DNA of 63,970 nt from Octopus bimaculoides (Eukaryota). The notes beneath the pieces were generated by a model. It searched no databases, was not told the origin of the DNA, and saw only the letters and a list, made by a program, of their open reading frames with translations. Of this stretch, positions 10,736 to 24,157 are shown piece after piece; position 1 is the first letter of the stretch; the number at the start of each line of letters is the position of its first letter. A program made the translations under genes and the position numbers. The DNA is taken from the NCBI RefSeq assembly GCF_001194135.2, contig NC_068999.1, positions 51,324,255-51,388,224 on the forward strand, in the 5' to 3' direction.

Positions 10736-11994
10736 AATTATATGTGAGCCCAACTACCATAAATTGGTCGTTATATACTTTATCATATAGATATAAGGCC
10801 AACAATTTTTAAGAGAGGAGTTAATCGCTACTATATTTTAGTATGACTAAGGAGAGTATGGTTTGTTCGTAAATAAACGCCGAGATGAGTGATTTAGAAG
10901 AATGGCTTCAGAAAGACAGCCCTTGTTGCCTGTTGCGTAATAAAGTGTGAAATAGAAGTCAGATGTAGCGAGCTAAGATATTTTCCTTTACAACATGTTA
11001 CGCCATAAGTGACGAAAAAATAAAAACATTGTTTAAGTTAATATTTTTGATCCAAAAATGCAATGTAGTATTTCAGAATTTCAGAATTAAATTACGTATA
11101 GAATGCAGCAGGAAATAAATCTGACTTATTTAACCACATCAGTTAAGGGTATTCTCACTGTTATTGCGTGTATTAGCTTTAGAATGGGGAAAGGAATTAC
11201 ATCCAAACTTTTCTTTTCTCATATCTTCTGATATATAATGTAATTAACTATTCTTTATTCAACTGTGTTTTAAAGGAGGTGCTACAGCAGAGAGTGTAAT
11301 AAAAGCTTAGTATAAATTATCAGTCGACGTATAACACTAAAATCCTCATCCGTTCACGATGAAATGTTTTGGCAGTAATCTTATTACGAGTTGGATTTTA
11401 AATATCTTTTCAAATACTATTTCAATTTTTTAATGCCTTCAGAAAAAAAAAACACGTTGACGCTTAGATAAGTGAACTGGTCTGGTTGTGCCTCATCTTA
11501 TAGAAACGATGAAGGACTCTGACCCTTGATGTATTTTGAAGAAGCAAAGATTTCTGCTGATATCTAAGATTGTAGGTTTTTATTGTTATCGATTGCTGAG
11601 ATCGTACGATGGTTATGCTACTAATGCAGGGTGTTTTTGGTACAGGAAAGAACGTCCTCAATGGTAAAGTGAAGTCGGGTGGGTTTAATTAATTATCTAC
11701 TTAGCAATTTTAGGTTTCACTCGCTGATCTTGCCATATCCGGTCACTTCATAACATACTAATGAACTAGCTCCTCTTCCATCTTGTTTGTCTGAGTTGAC
11801 CATCGTTCGATGCTTTCATGACATGGTTATAAAGAGCCTCTTCGGGAGGGGTTAAATTTTTCTGTTAGGTTTCATGTGATATATTTCTTCCTCGGAAATT
11901 TGAGATAAATTCGCAAACAGTACTTTGTTAGGGAAATCGTAACATCCCTATTAGATGGCTAATGTTAAGGGAAGTTACTGAAATGATAACGGTT

Positions 11995-12350
11995 AACTAT
12001 TGGTTGTTTTAGTATTGTTCGTGGCAAAGACAGTTGAGTTGGTTGTTATGATAATGGTTGAGGAGGGTACGGTAGCGTTGACATTGGTATCGATAATAGT
12101 AAGTGGAAAAGATGCAGAAAGAGAGAGAGAGAGAGAGAGGAAATAAGGTAGAGGATTCTAGGAAGTGAAATGTGTGACGTCACTGTACCTTTAGTTATTT
12201 CATTGTTTCATTCTTTGTGTATCAATCTATCTCTCTTCAACTTTCTCCATTACCATCAGCAATGTCACCGATGGCGTCTCCGCACTACTACGACTGTAAC
12301 AACCAACGCCCCTGTCCCCGCCACAACCACTACCATAACAACCAAAAGTT
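11995..12350. repeat. Old inverted repeat, ~105-bp arms (11995-12100 / 12246-12350)
   Basis: About 70/105 identities by hand with one 1-nt gap; arms are partly ACN-triplet low complexity. Confidence 0.6.
12174..12183. promoter_or_regulatory. Perfect CRE/ATF-type palindrome GTGACGTCAC
   Basis: Motif match only. GGAAGTGAAA (ETS/IRF-like) lies immediately upstream. Confidence 0.3.
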
Positions 12351-13103
12351 TCTTGTCTGCTTATTGACACGTGTATAGTTAATTGTGTGTGTGGTGAGGA
12401 TTTACGTATGTGCATGAATCTATTACACTTTATATCATTTTACACTTTCCAAAAGAGATACAAAGCAAATGCTTACATGCACTAAAACACACAAATATAC
12501 ACGCACACACACAAACACACACGCAAACGCATGCACGTAACTACACTCAAAAACAGATGCGAAATATAACCGCATCAAATACGCAACTATGCATACGCAT
12601 GAAAGCATATAAACAATATTTTTTATGTATATTTTCTAAATGAAATTAAAATGTTAAGTTATTTCTTTTAACCCTTAATAATATTTTGAATAATACTTTA
12701 AAAGATAAAAGTATTTATTAAAGTTTCAAGGTCAGATAGAAACCTTTAGAAAACTCTTCTCTCTGAATAACATATATCATAAATAATACAGCATAAATCT
12801 TCAATTAATTCCGAGTATAATATACTTACTTGCTAAATCAATACAGTACTTTGAAGTAAGTAGCTGTACATTCATCGAAGCATTATGAAGGAAATGACAG
12901 GATATAATTAGTGAGAATGGAGATATTTATTTTTGATACTGTACAGCGAAAATGAGTCCAGAAATGTACACATATACAGCAGAGTATTAAACGTGACATT
13001 CATTTCTTTCTGTTGCATTAATCGACTCCGTTCGAAAATGTCGATGGGGTCAAGGGTTCTCAGTCATTTAAAAGCTACGGAGACAATCTTCATCATTCAT
13101 ATA

Positions 13104-13214
13104 CAGTCACCCCTCGCCATATCGCGGTTAACCTATCGCAGTTTATTATTTAAGATTACGTCAATTCATCAGTGGTGTTATTTGAATTTATAATAAAATA
13201 AATTTATACAAATC

Positions 13215-13260
<46 letters not shown>

Positions 13261-13347
13261 TGTACAATTCTGTTTCTACTTCGCGGGTTTTCATTTATTG
13301 CGGGGCTGGGGTGGAACGTATCACCCGCAATAGTCGAGGGATTATTG
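13104..13347. mobile_element. Tigger/pogo-like MITE with internal (TA)n expansion
   Basis: TA-CAGTCACCCCTCGCCATATCGCG ... CGCAATAGTCGAGGGATTATTG-TA: imperfect TIRs with TA on both sides. A second copy lies at 21232 in the opposite orientation. Confidence 0.88.
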
Positions 13348-15384
13348 TACTTGTTTTTAATGGATCATCCGTTGATGTTCAATACTAACTTGTACCAATT
13401 TAAGTATCGAAGCTTCGCTACAGAAAATAATAACGGATTGATAACAGTAATTGAATTATTTTATTGCGGTCTTTGCTGCAAGTTTTACGAAGCCTTATTC
13501 ATTGATTGAAAGAATTATTATTTAATTTATTGAATTATTCAGGAGAAACATAACAAAGTATCAGCTCCCAATAAACCAAAATGAACGAGCTGCTTTCGCT
13601 CACTTATCGATATCACAAAATTTATCTGAAAGCAATTTGTGTGATGTTTTCGTCGATATATTTCACGAGATTTTCGAACCATCGACCCTAACAATACAGT
13701 CCAAATTTGTAATTACTACTACATCATAAAAAAAAAGTAAAACGAAAGTAAACGACGGAAATATTTACAATGTTTATCGCATAAATTAAATTATACGTTT
13801 TGATAAGCAGCTTAAATTTTCGCAAAACCAATACGTTAAGTGTGAATTATGTTCTATTCGCAACACGTTAATTACAATAACATACAATCCTGATTACTTC
13901 CCTAGTGGAATGAAGATTTATCACCTTATTAAGAGTTCTTATGAATAAAACCGATAAATTTTAACGAAAGCTATATTAAAGCTGAAATGCTTATTTACAT
14001 ACACCGAAACAAATACAAACATCGACTGTGGCAATTACATATAATCATATAATCACAGATAAAAGAAAATACATGAACACAACAACATACACACAGACAC
14101 AAACTCGTTGAATCACACAAACACACAGTCTCTTAGATGTAAATATATGCAGATATATCATGATACTGTTAATAACAGGCATAAATATTTACAAAAACTA
14201 ACAGGAAAAGGAAACAAAAAACTACAGCAGAAACCTACATAATTACAAGTAAACAACATAGCACCAGCATACACACACTTAGATGTGCTGAGGACATTTC
14301 GAAATAAGTGTTATTATGGTAGCTCCATTTAAAATCCGATCACGCAGGTGATGGACATGTCTGAAATATAACTTCAAATGTAGGGGAGGTCAGAAACAGT
14401 TGTATATTAGAGAAATACATTGTCAAGACGTGACATTATTACGATTAATTTCCTATTTGCTCTTGAAATTTTATGCATTAGACATTAATAAATGCGTTTC
14501 CTACTGCCTTGAAATTTTAGCCGTCATTTAGGCAAAAGGCTTCATATTTCCTTGAAATTCTAATATAGTTGAGGTTACCAACGGCGTATTGGACTTATAT
14601 ATAGGACGGTACTTAAGTGTATATACTTACATCAGTCACAAAATATCAGTAATTGGGTTTAAAGTCTTTCCATGTATATAAACTACTACCTACAATGTAA
14701 CTACCATAGTTAAACAAACATATAACTTAAGATAATAACGTTAGATGAACGTAATCAATAATCAATCAATCAATCGGGAAAAAAAAAGAAACGACCATTT
14801 CAATTACATACTTTGCGTGGAATTACTTGATTTAAACCATTTCTAGTTATACGCACAATATATATTTAAATACAACGGAACGAATCTGATATCGTAAAGC
14901 TTAAAATGCTCTGCACGCATGGTTATTATTTTGTGTCTGTCTGCGTCTGATTGCCTTTTTCTTTATTGAACTGACTGTCTTCCGTGTTCAACGAAGCTTG
15001 CGAATTGTTACTTATAAAATCAGAGTTAAATGATGAAAAATAATTCCCGTGCATAGAATTATGTATAAGAGAAACAACAAGCTGATAAAGGATGATATTA
15101 GATAAACATTGAAAGCATGATAGTATTCAACCTGCCGAGAAACACGCACACACACACACCTAAATACATAAGTATGGGTTATCTTCTTTTTTTCCTTCGG
15201 ATGTTATTTAGGAGAAAGAGAAACTGTCCAAACATACCATGGAGCATAAAAAATGCATACATACATGCACAAACACGTATTCACTATATGCAAGCATATA
15301 TGTATACACATATGCATACGCATGTAGCAATATGAATCATGCATCTGTGAGTGTGTATATGTGTGTGTTTAGAAATTAACACAG

Positions 15385-15439
<55 letters not shown>

Positions 15440-15939
15440 TATTTATATCTATTTAACTATCTATTTCTGTATACATATTTCTGTACGTGTATGTGTGTGC
15501 GTGCGTGCGTGTATGTATGTGTGTGTGTGTGTGTGTGTATTTACGTGTATTAGGCAAAGGGAAAATTGGACAATGTATTAGTTTGAACTCTAAACTGAGG
15601 GTTTGTGTCCAGGCCCCACTGCAGCTTCGTTGTTTCCTGGTGACATGTTCTGAATGATCGTTCTATAAGATTTAGAGAAAAATTTCATTTGAGGTAGCGT
15701 GTTCCGATAAATTCAAAAGCAGGTGTATTCCTTATCATCGTGAGAGTTAAGAGTTAAGCCTTTAATGAATGTTCAGAATATAGAATCCGCTTGAAATAAT
15801 AGCAACCATCAAAATTTTTCGATGTCAAATTTTTTTTTTTTACGTATATATACACATATATACACAAAGAATATCATAAAACTAGACATTTGTCACAAAT
15901 CTTGAAATGTTACGATGATTCCATTGTAACATTCGTGTG

Positions 15940-16121
15940 TAGGCAAAACGTTAGAGAATGCAATCGAGTTGTTTCTTGCAATAAACACATCTAAAGCATA
16001 TTTTTTTTCAGATCCTTAATATGCTACTGTGGGACTCAATTTACTTAATTTGCTTGCGTAGACCCCCAAAACCTCCCATGGTCCGCCAGGGGTCATACGT
16101 TCTCTGGTTGAAAAATCACTG
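15940..16121 (-). mobile_element. Probable hAT-like MITE end
   Basis: Reverse complement starts CAGTGATTTTTCAACC, resembling the CAGTGGTT..CAACC termini of hAT MITEs, followed by GGGGGTCTACG. The partner terminus was not located. Confidence 0.4.
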
Positions 16122-16623
16122 TCTTCAGCAGTCAATTCGACCGTCGAATTAGAACAGAGAGCAGTGGATGGATGCCTTGGGTCTGCAGATGGCTGAGGTC
16201 CACAAAGGTATTAGGGAAAATTACATAGGTCTGATCACTGTGATTAGAATTTTTAAAAGGCTGAAATGTAAAATACGACAATGCTCGGTTATCTGTCATT
16301 TATCAAGGTATGTATATTTTTCAATTCAAAGATGAAACTTGAAAAATGGGTTTGTTGTTAAATTTAATAAAATATCTACGTTTTGAGAAGAAAATTATTT
16401 CAAAAGTTTGGGGCCCATGAGGACACTCATTTAAATTAAAGGGTTGGTTGGTGGAAAAATTGATGGGAGCGAGCCACTACCATAGATGGTTCGTCGTTGG
16501 CCCGTTGCTCAAGTGTACGTTTGTGTATGTATATATGTATAAGAATGTTTAAATAAATGCATGGATGTATGTGAATCAGAAACACTTTGTGACAATGTAG
16601 GTGGTGCAGTATCTGTCGTTGTC

Positions 16624-16665
16624 AGTGTGTGTTTGTTGTCAGTGTGTGTGTGTGTGTGTGTGTGG

Positions 16666-16725
<60 letters not shown>
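16624..16725. repeat. (TG)n microsatellite
   Basis: Seen directly. Confidence 0.95.
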
Positions 16726-16726
<1 letters not shown>

Positions 16727-18219
16727 TGTGCTGGACTAGATTGTGAGCGACGTCTGAGCGAGGAAGTGTGTATGCAGGAATCATGCAAAGCCTGAGAATC
16801 TAAACGTGCATATTTATTATCTGCTTCTGCATATAAGGTTATGTAATTTGATTGAACAGTCGTATATACGCACACATACATATGTATATAATCCTCTCCC
16901 TCTTTCACTCTTTCTCTCTCTCTCTCTTTCTCTCTGTATATATCTATACACACACACATACACATACACGCGTGCGCAATCATACGACCATACAATTATG
17001 TCAGTTCATTCATATTTGATTGTGAACGTATGAACGTGTATGTAAATGCACCAGATAAATATCTGTGTAAATGCGCGTGTGTGTGAGGAGAGAGAGAGAG
17101 AGAGTGAGAGAGAGATAAAGAGAAAGAGAAAGAGAGAGAGAATGACAAACAAACAGAAACAGTGAAGCAAGGGGGGAGCAAAGAGAAATAGCATACTGTA
17201 TGCGACAGAGAGAGAGAGAAAAAAAAACAGACTGAGAGACTGAGAGACAGAGAGACAGAGAGACAGACAGCGACGTGGAGAGTGAGCGACAGGCGAAGAT
17301 GGTGAGGAGATGGAGAGGAGACGGAGAGGAAGGAGCCTGAAGAGATCCATTGCAACATTCATAATATTCTTATGTACTTAAAGCATATTTAAAACACGTC
17401 AAAATTGAATGTAACCAATAAGGATTTAATAGAAAGAGCTAACGAAAATATAAGTTGTAATCCGATCCATTATCCCTCTTCAAATATGAACTTAGCGTAA
17501 TTTATTTTTATCTTATTTTATTTTATTGCATCGTGTTTCTTTTTATTCTAAATTTATTAGTTATTTACTTTTATACATTCTTTGGATTTCTATATGATTG
17601 GAATAAATTTGTATTCTGTAAGAGATATGAACGTGTAGAAGACGGTGAAGTGAGTGAAAGTCTTTGCAGCTACGTGAACTGTTTGTTCAGGTCGTGGAGT
17701 TCTGTGCTTACGTAAGCATTAGAGGAACAAAAAAAATGCACAAACGCAGCAGATATACTCAGACTTATTCCAACGCATATCCATATGCGTAATTACATTC
17801 ACGTACGCACACAAATAGAAAGTGAGTGAGAGTTAACCTGAACATGTATTCTGAATACATTGAATTTCTTTTAGCCTCGAAGTGAAATGCAGGTCTTCAG
17901 GGTAGACCACATGTTCATTTCAAATCGAAGCTAATAATTTGCGATAAAATAGTCCTTAATTTAACGCACTTCTCTAACCTGTGACTAAGCAGAATTCTAC
18001 TAGATATTTATATCTGTTATATTTTAGCTGTTTCATGCTCCAATGCTGCAGCATGGGAACAAATCAAACATAGTACTTTCTAAGTTTGACATTTATTTTT
18101 TCGCTGACGTTTGCTGAATCATTAAGTGACTAAGGTAGAGATAAATCAGCACTGGCTGTTTGGCAGTGGGTGAACGGACAAACGTAAACACAAACATAAA
18201 CTCACATATATAAATATAT

Positions 18220-18374
18220 GGCGCAGGCGAGGCTGTGTGGTAAGAAGCTTCCTTCTCAAACACATATTCCCGGGTTCAGTCCCACTGCGTAGCACCTTTA
18301 ATCAGACTATTACTATTGCCTCGGACCGACGACGAAAGCCTTCCGAGTGAATTTGGCAGGTGAAAGAAGCGCCC
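18220..18374 (+). mobile_element. SINE family 2 followed by (TG)n
   Basis: GGCGCAGGCGAGGCTGTGTGGTAAGAAG (A box) ... GGGTTCAGTCCCACTGCG (B box) ... GAAAGAAGC. Confidence 0.9.
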
Positions 18375-18455
<81 letters not shown>

Positions 18456-21081
18456 TGTGTGTGTGTGTGTGCTTTTGTGTTTGTGTGTGTGTGTGTGAGT
18501 TTTTCTCTGTGTGTGCGTGTGGGCGTGTGTAGAGCTACTAATATTTTCATGTTGTAGAGATACAATAATTTGGCAGATTTATATAACCTGCCATGTGTTT
18601 TCAAACAGTTTTTCAGGCTCAGCGCATACTGTTAGACGTATTTAAAAAGGTTGTCTATAAGGAAACATTGTTAAATTACATTGATATTGTTCTTTAATAA
18701 TTTGATCATACCTTATTTGCAACTTCTAAAATTGTTTATTTTGAGCCCTAATGTGATTTAAACAATAATTAACGTGAAGACAGTGAGAATTGTAACTGCA
18801 GCCATTAGCGAATTAAAGGGTCCAGTCTTCGGTGACTCAACAATATCAGTATTGCTTATAATGGAAGTAACGGGCATTAAATGGATTTGTTAGTATGTTT
18901 GCCATTATGTGACCAGCTTATGAATGGATATGTCTGAATATATGCAGATGCTTAAACACATGCGCAGAGGTGATTGGATATGTTATTCTATACTTATATG
19001 ACTTTGTGTTTTTGTTCGAGTGCATTTGTTGCATGTCATACGTAAGTAAATATATAAACTTTAGATATTTGAACAGAATGAGCTACAGTTATTGATTTAT
19101 ATGCATTACCATTGTGACACAACACCATTTAAGATTAGTCTTGTCTTCAAAAAAAATCAATGATAACAACCTGCAGTCATTGGTTTCCTATTCAATACCT
19201 CGCTTGCATACTAACTCCAATATTTTATTGCAAGAAGTAAAAGACACTGGGACCACTGCAGTGCATACAAAACGGCACAAATATTTATAGTGTTTTCTAT
19301 ACCAAGAAAAGAAAGCACTGAAAACCAATAATTTTTTTCTTCTGCAGAGTATAGGATGAAAGTTNNNNNNNNNNNNNNNNNNNNNNNNNNNNNNNNNNNN
19401 NNNNNNNNNNNNNNNNNNNNNNNNNNNNNNNNNNNNNNNNNNNNNNNNNNNNNNNNNNNNNNNNNNNNNNNNNNNNNNNNNNNNNNNNNNNNNNNNNNNN
19501 NNNNNNNNNNNNNNNNNNNNNNNNNNNNNNNNNNNNNNNNNNNNNNNNNNNNNNNNNNNNNNNNNNNNNNNNNNNNNNNNNNNNNNNNNNNNNNNNNNNN
19601 NNNNNNNNNNNNNNNNNNNNNNNNNNNNNNNNNNNNNNNNNNNNNNNNNNNNNNNNNNNNNNNNNNNNNNNNNNNNNNNNNNNNNNNNNNNNNNNNNNNN
19701 NNNNNNNNNNNNNNNNNNNNNNNNNNNNNNNNNNNNNNNNNNNNNNNNNNNNNNNNNNNNNNNNNNNNNNNNNNNNNNNNNNNNNNNNNNNNNNNNNNNN
19801 NNNNNNNNNNNNNNNNNNNNNNNNNNNNNNNNNNNNNNNNNNNNNNNNNNNNNNNNNNNNNNNNNNNNNNNNNNNNNNNNNNNNNNNNNNNNTATATATA
19901 TATACATATATAAATATATATATTCTTTTTTACCATTAGTGTAGTCTGCCAACGTTGTAACCTGCATCAAATTTTGTGTGAAGCTGTGTACTGGTTCTTG
20001 ATCTCCTAATTACATTCCGTTCCGAAACATGCACGATAAACACTTTTAACGAACTCTATTGATATGTGTCTCTTTCCACTCAACAAATACGCCACGTATT
20101 TCTTAAAATATGTTCGAAAATCCTCTAGAGATATCTCTAGAAGCTATTATTAAATCCATGGAGTGAACTGATTATTAATATCTGAAATGCAAATATAAAT
20201 TATATTATTCGCAGATAATATTATGTATGATAATTACGTTCAGTAAATACCCAACAGGAAAACTATTTTATATGATGTCAATTAAAAGTATATGCATTCG
20301 AAAAAGAGATGAAAAATATCAATATTCAAAAAAGAATTATTCCATTAATATTTTCAAAAGAAAAAGATTTAGGGGGAATAGTAGGTAACATTTTTAATTA
20401 GGCACGACGAAGGGCTTTTTAATAACCTCTTAAATTTGATCTAGTTTGTTGATTTTATAAGTACAAATAATATGTGTGGGAAAGGTGTTCATGTCAGGCA
20501 AATTTATTTTCTCAAATCTATAAATCAAATCCTACTGATTTTTACAATAGCAATTAAAATTTTTGTGTCTTACCTCTATACGAATTCTGAATGTTTACAC
20601 TACTCGTGCTGTCACTAAATATTTCCAATTTTATACATCCGGTACCATCGGAAGTATCTCTATCCAACGAAGAATACTATCAAATACTATCTTATAGCAG
20701 GGTTTCTCTTTTCACTTGTTATACATGTGGAAATCTGGAAATATCTACAAAATTTATACTAAAGAATTTCGATTCAAGAGGATGAAAAGAACAGGTTTTA
20801 ATCCAAATCACTACAATTGTTTCAGCGCATCGTTATCTGTCGGTAATCGCTGAACGTTACACATATTATACACATTAGTGTGCTCATATGATCCAGAGCA
20901 CTGGTTTATTAGTTTGAGTTTCCTTTTATTTCTACCTTCATACTATTCTTAGCATCCCATGAACAAAGAGCATCACCGAAATACAAACAGATATCACTGA
21001 AGAAAAAATACCATAAAGAAAAAGGATTAATACAGACAGACATACAGACAGACCGGCAGGCAGGCACACAGTCAGGCAGAA

Positions 21082-21150
<69 letters not shown>
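21082..21150. repeat. Compound (GACA)n(GATA)n microsatellite
   Basis: Seen directly. Confidence 0.97.
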
Positions 21151-21151
<1 letters not shown>

Positions 21152-21231
21152 GTGCGTAAATAGATTATGTACGTACATGAATGTCCGTCTATGTAAATAC
21201 GTCCATAGTCATTTTATCACTTATTCGAGTA

Positions 21232-21454
21232 CAGTAATCCCTCGACTATCGTGTGTATTACATTACAAAACCCCACGCGATAGGTGAAAATCCGCGAAGT
21301 AGGAACGGTACTGTACTGTATATATTTTGTTGCTCTTCTTAAAATTTGTATATATTTATTTTATTATAAATGCAAAACAACCCCGCGGAGGAATCAACGT
21401 AAGCTTAAATAATAAACCGCGATATGTGAAACGCGATATGGCGAGGCATTACTT
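21232..21454. mobile_element. Tigger/pogo-like MITE (second copy)
   Basis: TA-CAGTAATCCCTCGACTATCG ... CGCGATATGGCGAGGCATTACTT-TA. The internal GAAAATCCGCGAAGTAG matches the reverse complement of the 13104 copy. Confidence 0.88.
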
Positions 21455-22584
21455 TATCACTATCTGTTTGCGCATACATGTGTATGGGTGAGTTTGTGTT
21501 TATTTGTCGTGCCAATCATATTCCTGCAGTTTTTATCTCCAATTGTCTCTACATGTTCTTACTGTGCTGTGTTGATAGTGTAAAGTAAACTGTTATTCGA
21601 ATCAGATGACATTGGAGGTGAAATATAGGATTTAAAAAATCAATAGTAATTAACAAAAAAGAAATAACATATCTTGAGAAACCGCTATTATTTTGGGTTA
21701 TCAAGGTTAAATATTTTGTGTTTGTTCCTCAATGAATATAGGCCAACATTATCAATGAATTGAATAGAAGGAACGGTGTTTGTTTATGAATAAATGTGGG
21801 ACATTTACAACGAGTAACTGAACGCACACATACAAAGAGATAACGTCTGTATTTAAAGATTACTATTATTTCTGTTGTATGTGTAAATATCTGCATATAT
21901 ATATGTGGCCTTATCTATATTTATGTATGTATGTCTATCCGTGAGTTTGTGTGTATATGGGAATGTATGTATGTTTATCACTATCTGTGCGTATCTGTTA
22001 GCGTTCGGATTAAAGTATATGGTCTTTTTTATATATATTGTTGCATGTGTCATGTATACTCGGCGGTATGGTCATTTAGTTAAGAAGCCCGTCTGCAGTA
22101 ACATTGTTTCCTGTTCAGGCTTGCTGCGTGCCATCTTGGGAGACTGTTTACTCTTTTTATATCCCAGGGCTGACTGATATCATGTGAACGAACTTGGTTT
22201 GTTTACGTTCGTTCCCATAACATTAAGGATTCTTCAAAAGAGACAGATAGAATTAGTAGCAGACTTCTAACAAATAAGTACTGAAATTGATTTGCTCGAT
22301 TAACCACTTCAGGAAATCTTCGGAAGAAAGGTGTTGGCAGGCAAACTGCTTTTTCTGTAGCAAACTACAAAAAAATGCTCGTGTTTATTGGCAGTATGAT
22401 CCGCTGCGTTCCTGAATAAGAGGTCCCAACCCTGAAATATTGAAATACCACTTGAATTGAATTGAGCTTGTGTACAGTACATACTTTTGATTAGTATGTA
22501 CAAATCATTTGTGCAGGTCATTCAACAAGACAATGTAGAAGATTCTTTCTTGGACTACGTGAGACTACCATCACACACACAGAC

Positions 22585-22701
<117 letters not shown>

Positions 22702-22959
22702 CATTTAGGTGTGATCGATGAGTTTAGCCACTGCAAATATGACTTTAATGAATCCTTTATTTTTAATTCACATAGTCCAGGAGAAGTTGCAGTCGCTCTT
22801 CATTATTCAAATAAAAAGCCAGCTGTTATTTACATGCATGCATGACTATGTAACATGCGCCATTCGTTCACTAACTTTTGTTTTATGTCCCTACGTAATC
22901 GCGAGGAGACAAAGAATTTCTCAACTCCTACTCCCTTTTCCCCGGTGACACGTCCAGGA

Positions 22960-23074
22960 CTTGACAGCAAGAGGGAGAGAACAAAGTGAAATGAAGGGCT
23001 ACCTAGTCTGGAATCGAACCTACAACACTTTGATCGTGAGTCGAACAGCCCTAATCACTATGCCACGAGCCTTC
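22960..23074 (-). mobile_element. tRNA-headed SINE family 3, diverged
   Basis: GGAATCGAACC...GATCGTGAGTCGAACAGCCCTAATCACTATGCCAC is the reverse complement of a tRNA-like head; similar to the copy at 28940. Confidence 0.55.
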
Positions 23075-23224
23075 TCTGAAAGTTAGGATGGGCGATGAAA
23101 ATGTAGCTTATTGTTCTGTTTAGTTGGGGTTTTTTTCTTTTTCGTGTGTGTGTGTGTGATGAAAGATATCACTTAAATGGAGCGTGTTTGACGATTTAGG
23201 GAGCGGCTCGCTACATAGTCGCAG

Positions 23225-23290
23225 GACTTATTAGAAACAGTAACTCAATTTCCACTAAATCACATCGTACTTTGTTAAAATAGGGGATGG
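23225..23290 (+). mobile_element. Dispersed repeat family 4 fragment
   Basis: GACTTATTAGAAACAG...AAATCAC aligns with 10562 and 57716. Confidence 0.45.
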
Positions 23291-23523
23291 GAGTCAATAT
23301 ATATGGATCAAGAGGGGGCGAAACAGCTGCTCGGTAACGTCAGATAACTGAAGAATGACTTGCGCTTCAATAATCATTACACAACATCAAAGTGAGATAC
23401 GCTGGGATATGAAGCGTGAAGGAAACTTGAGGCTGTAATTCTACACAGACAATTAAATGAAACAGCTATGAGCAGGAATCGAACATATATCATCGACTTG
23501 GTTCATAACACCAGTAACATATT

Positions 23524-23753
23524 TATTTCTTTATTGCCCACAGGGGGTTACACAGAGAGGAAAAACAGGGACAGACAAAGGGATTAACTCTATTACATCG
23601 ACCCCAGTGCGTAACTGGTACTTATTTAATCGACCACGAAAGGATGAATGGCAAAGTCCACCTCGGCGGAACTTGAACTCAGAACGTAACGGCAGACGAA
23701 ATACTGCTAAGCATTTCGCCCAGCGTGCTAACGATTCTGCCAGCTCGCCGCCC
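23524..23753 (-). mobile_element. SINE family 1, full length (variant tail TTTCTTTATTGCCCACAGG)
   Basis: Complete head and core; flanked by 17-bp direct repeats at 23507-23523 and 23755-23771. Confidence 0.93.
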
Positions 23754-23771
23754 TAATACCAGTAATATATT

Positions 23772-24157
23772 GGTTTCAAATTTTGGCTCAAGGCCAGCAA
23801 TTTCAAGGAAGGGATTAAGTCGATTATATCGATCCCAGTGCTCAACCGGTACTTATTTCATCTCCCTCGAAAAGGTGACAGCCAAAGTCTACCTCGGCGG
23901 AATTTGAATTCAGACAGAAAAGACGGATGAAATGCAGCTAAGCATTTTGTCCGGCGTAACACCAGTAATATATTGGTTTCAAATTTAGATACGAAGCCAG
24001 CAAGTCTGAGAGAGGGGGAGTCTATTATATTGGCCCCCAAGGTTCAAAAGGCACTTTTTATCGACCCTGAACGGATGACAGGCAGAGTCTACCGCGGTGG
24101 AATTTGAATTCAGACCGAAAAGACGGACGAAATGCAGCTAAGTATTTTGTCCGGCGT
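23772..24157 (-). mobile_element. Two tandem head-truncated SINE family 1 copies (~200-bp period)
   Basis: Units 23772-23957 and 23975-24157 share derived variants (AGTCTACC, GAATTCAGAC.GAAAAGACGG) and the same truncation point TTTTGTCCGGCGT. Confidence 0.9.

Noticed and set aside
11650-11690. eh1-like peptide LHFTIEDVL on the minus strand
   Set aside because: Bounded by in-frame stops with no usable splice acceptor; better explained as chance or part of the decayed element at 11600-11930.
22098-22190. ACCVP (TGF-beta-like) on the plus strand and MARSK...GFLTK (PH-like) on the minus strand
   Set aside because: Both are matches of 5 residues or fewer, followed by non-matching sequence and early stops.
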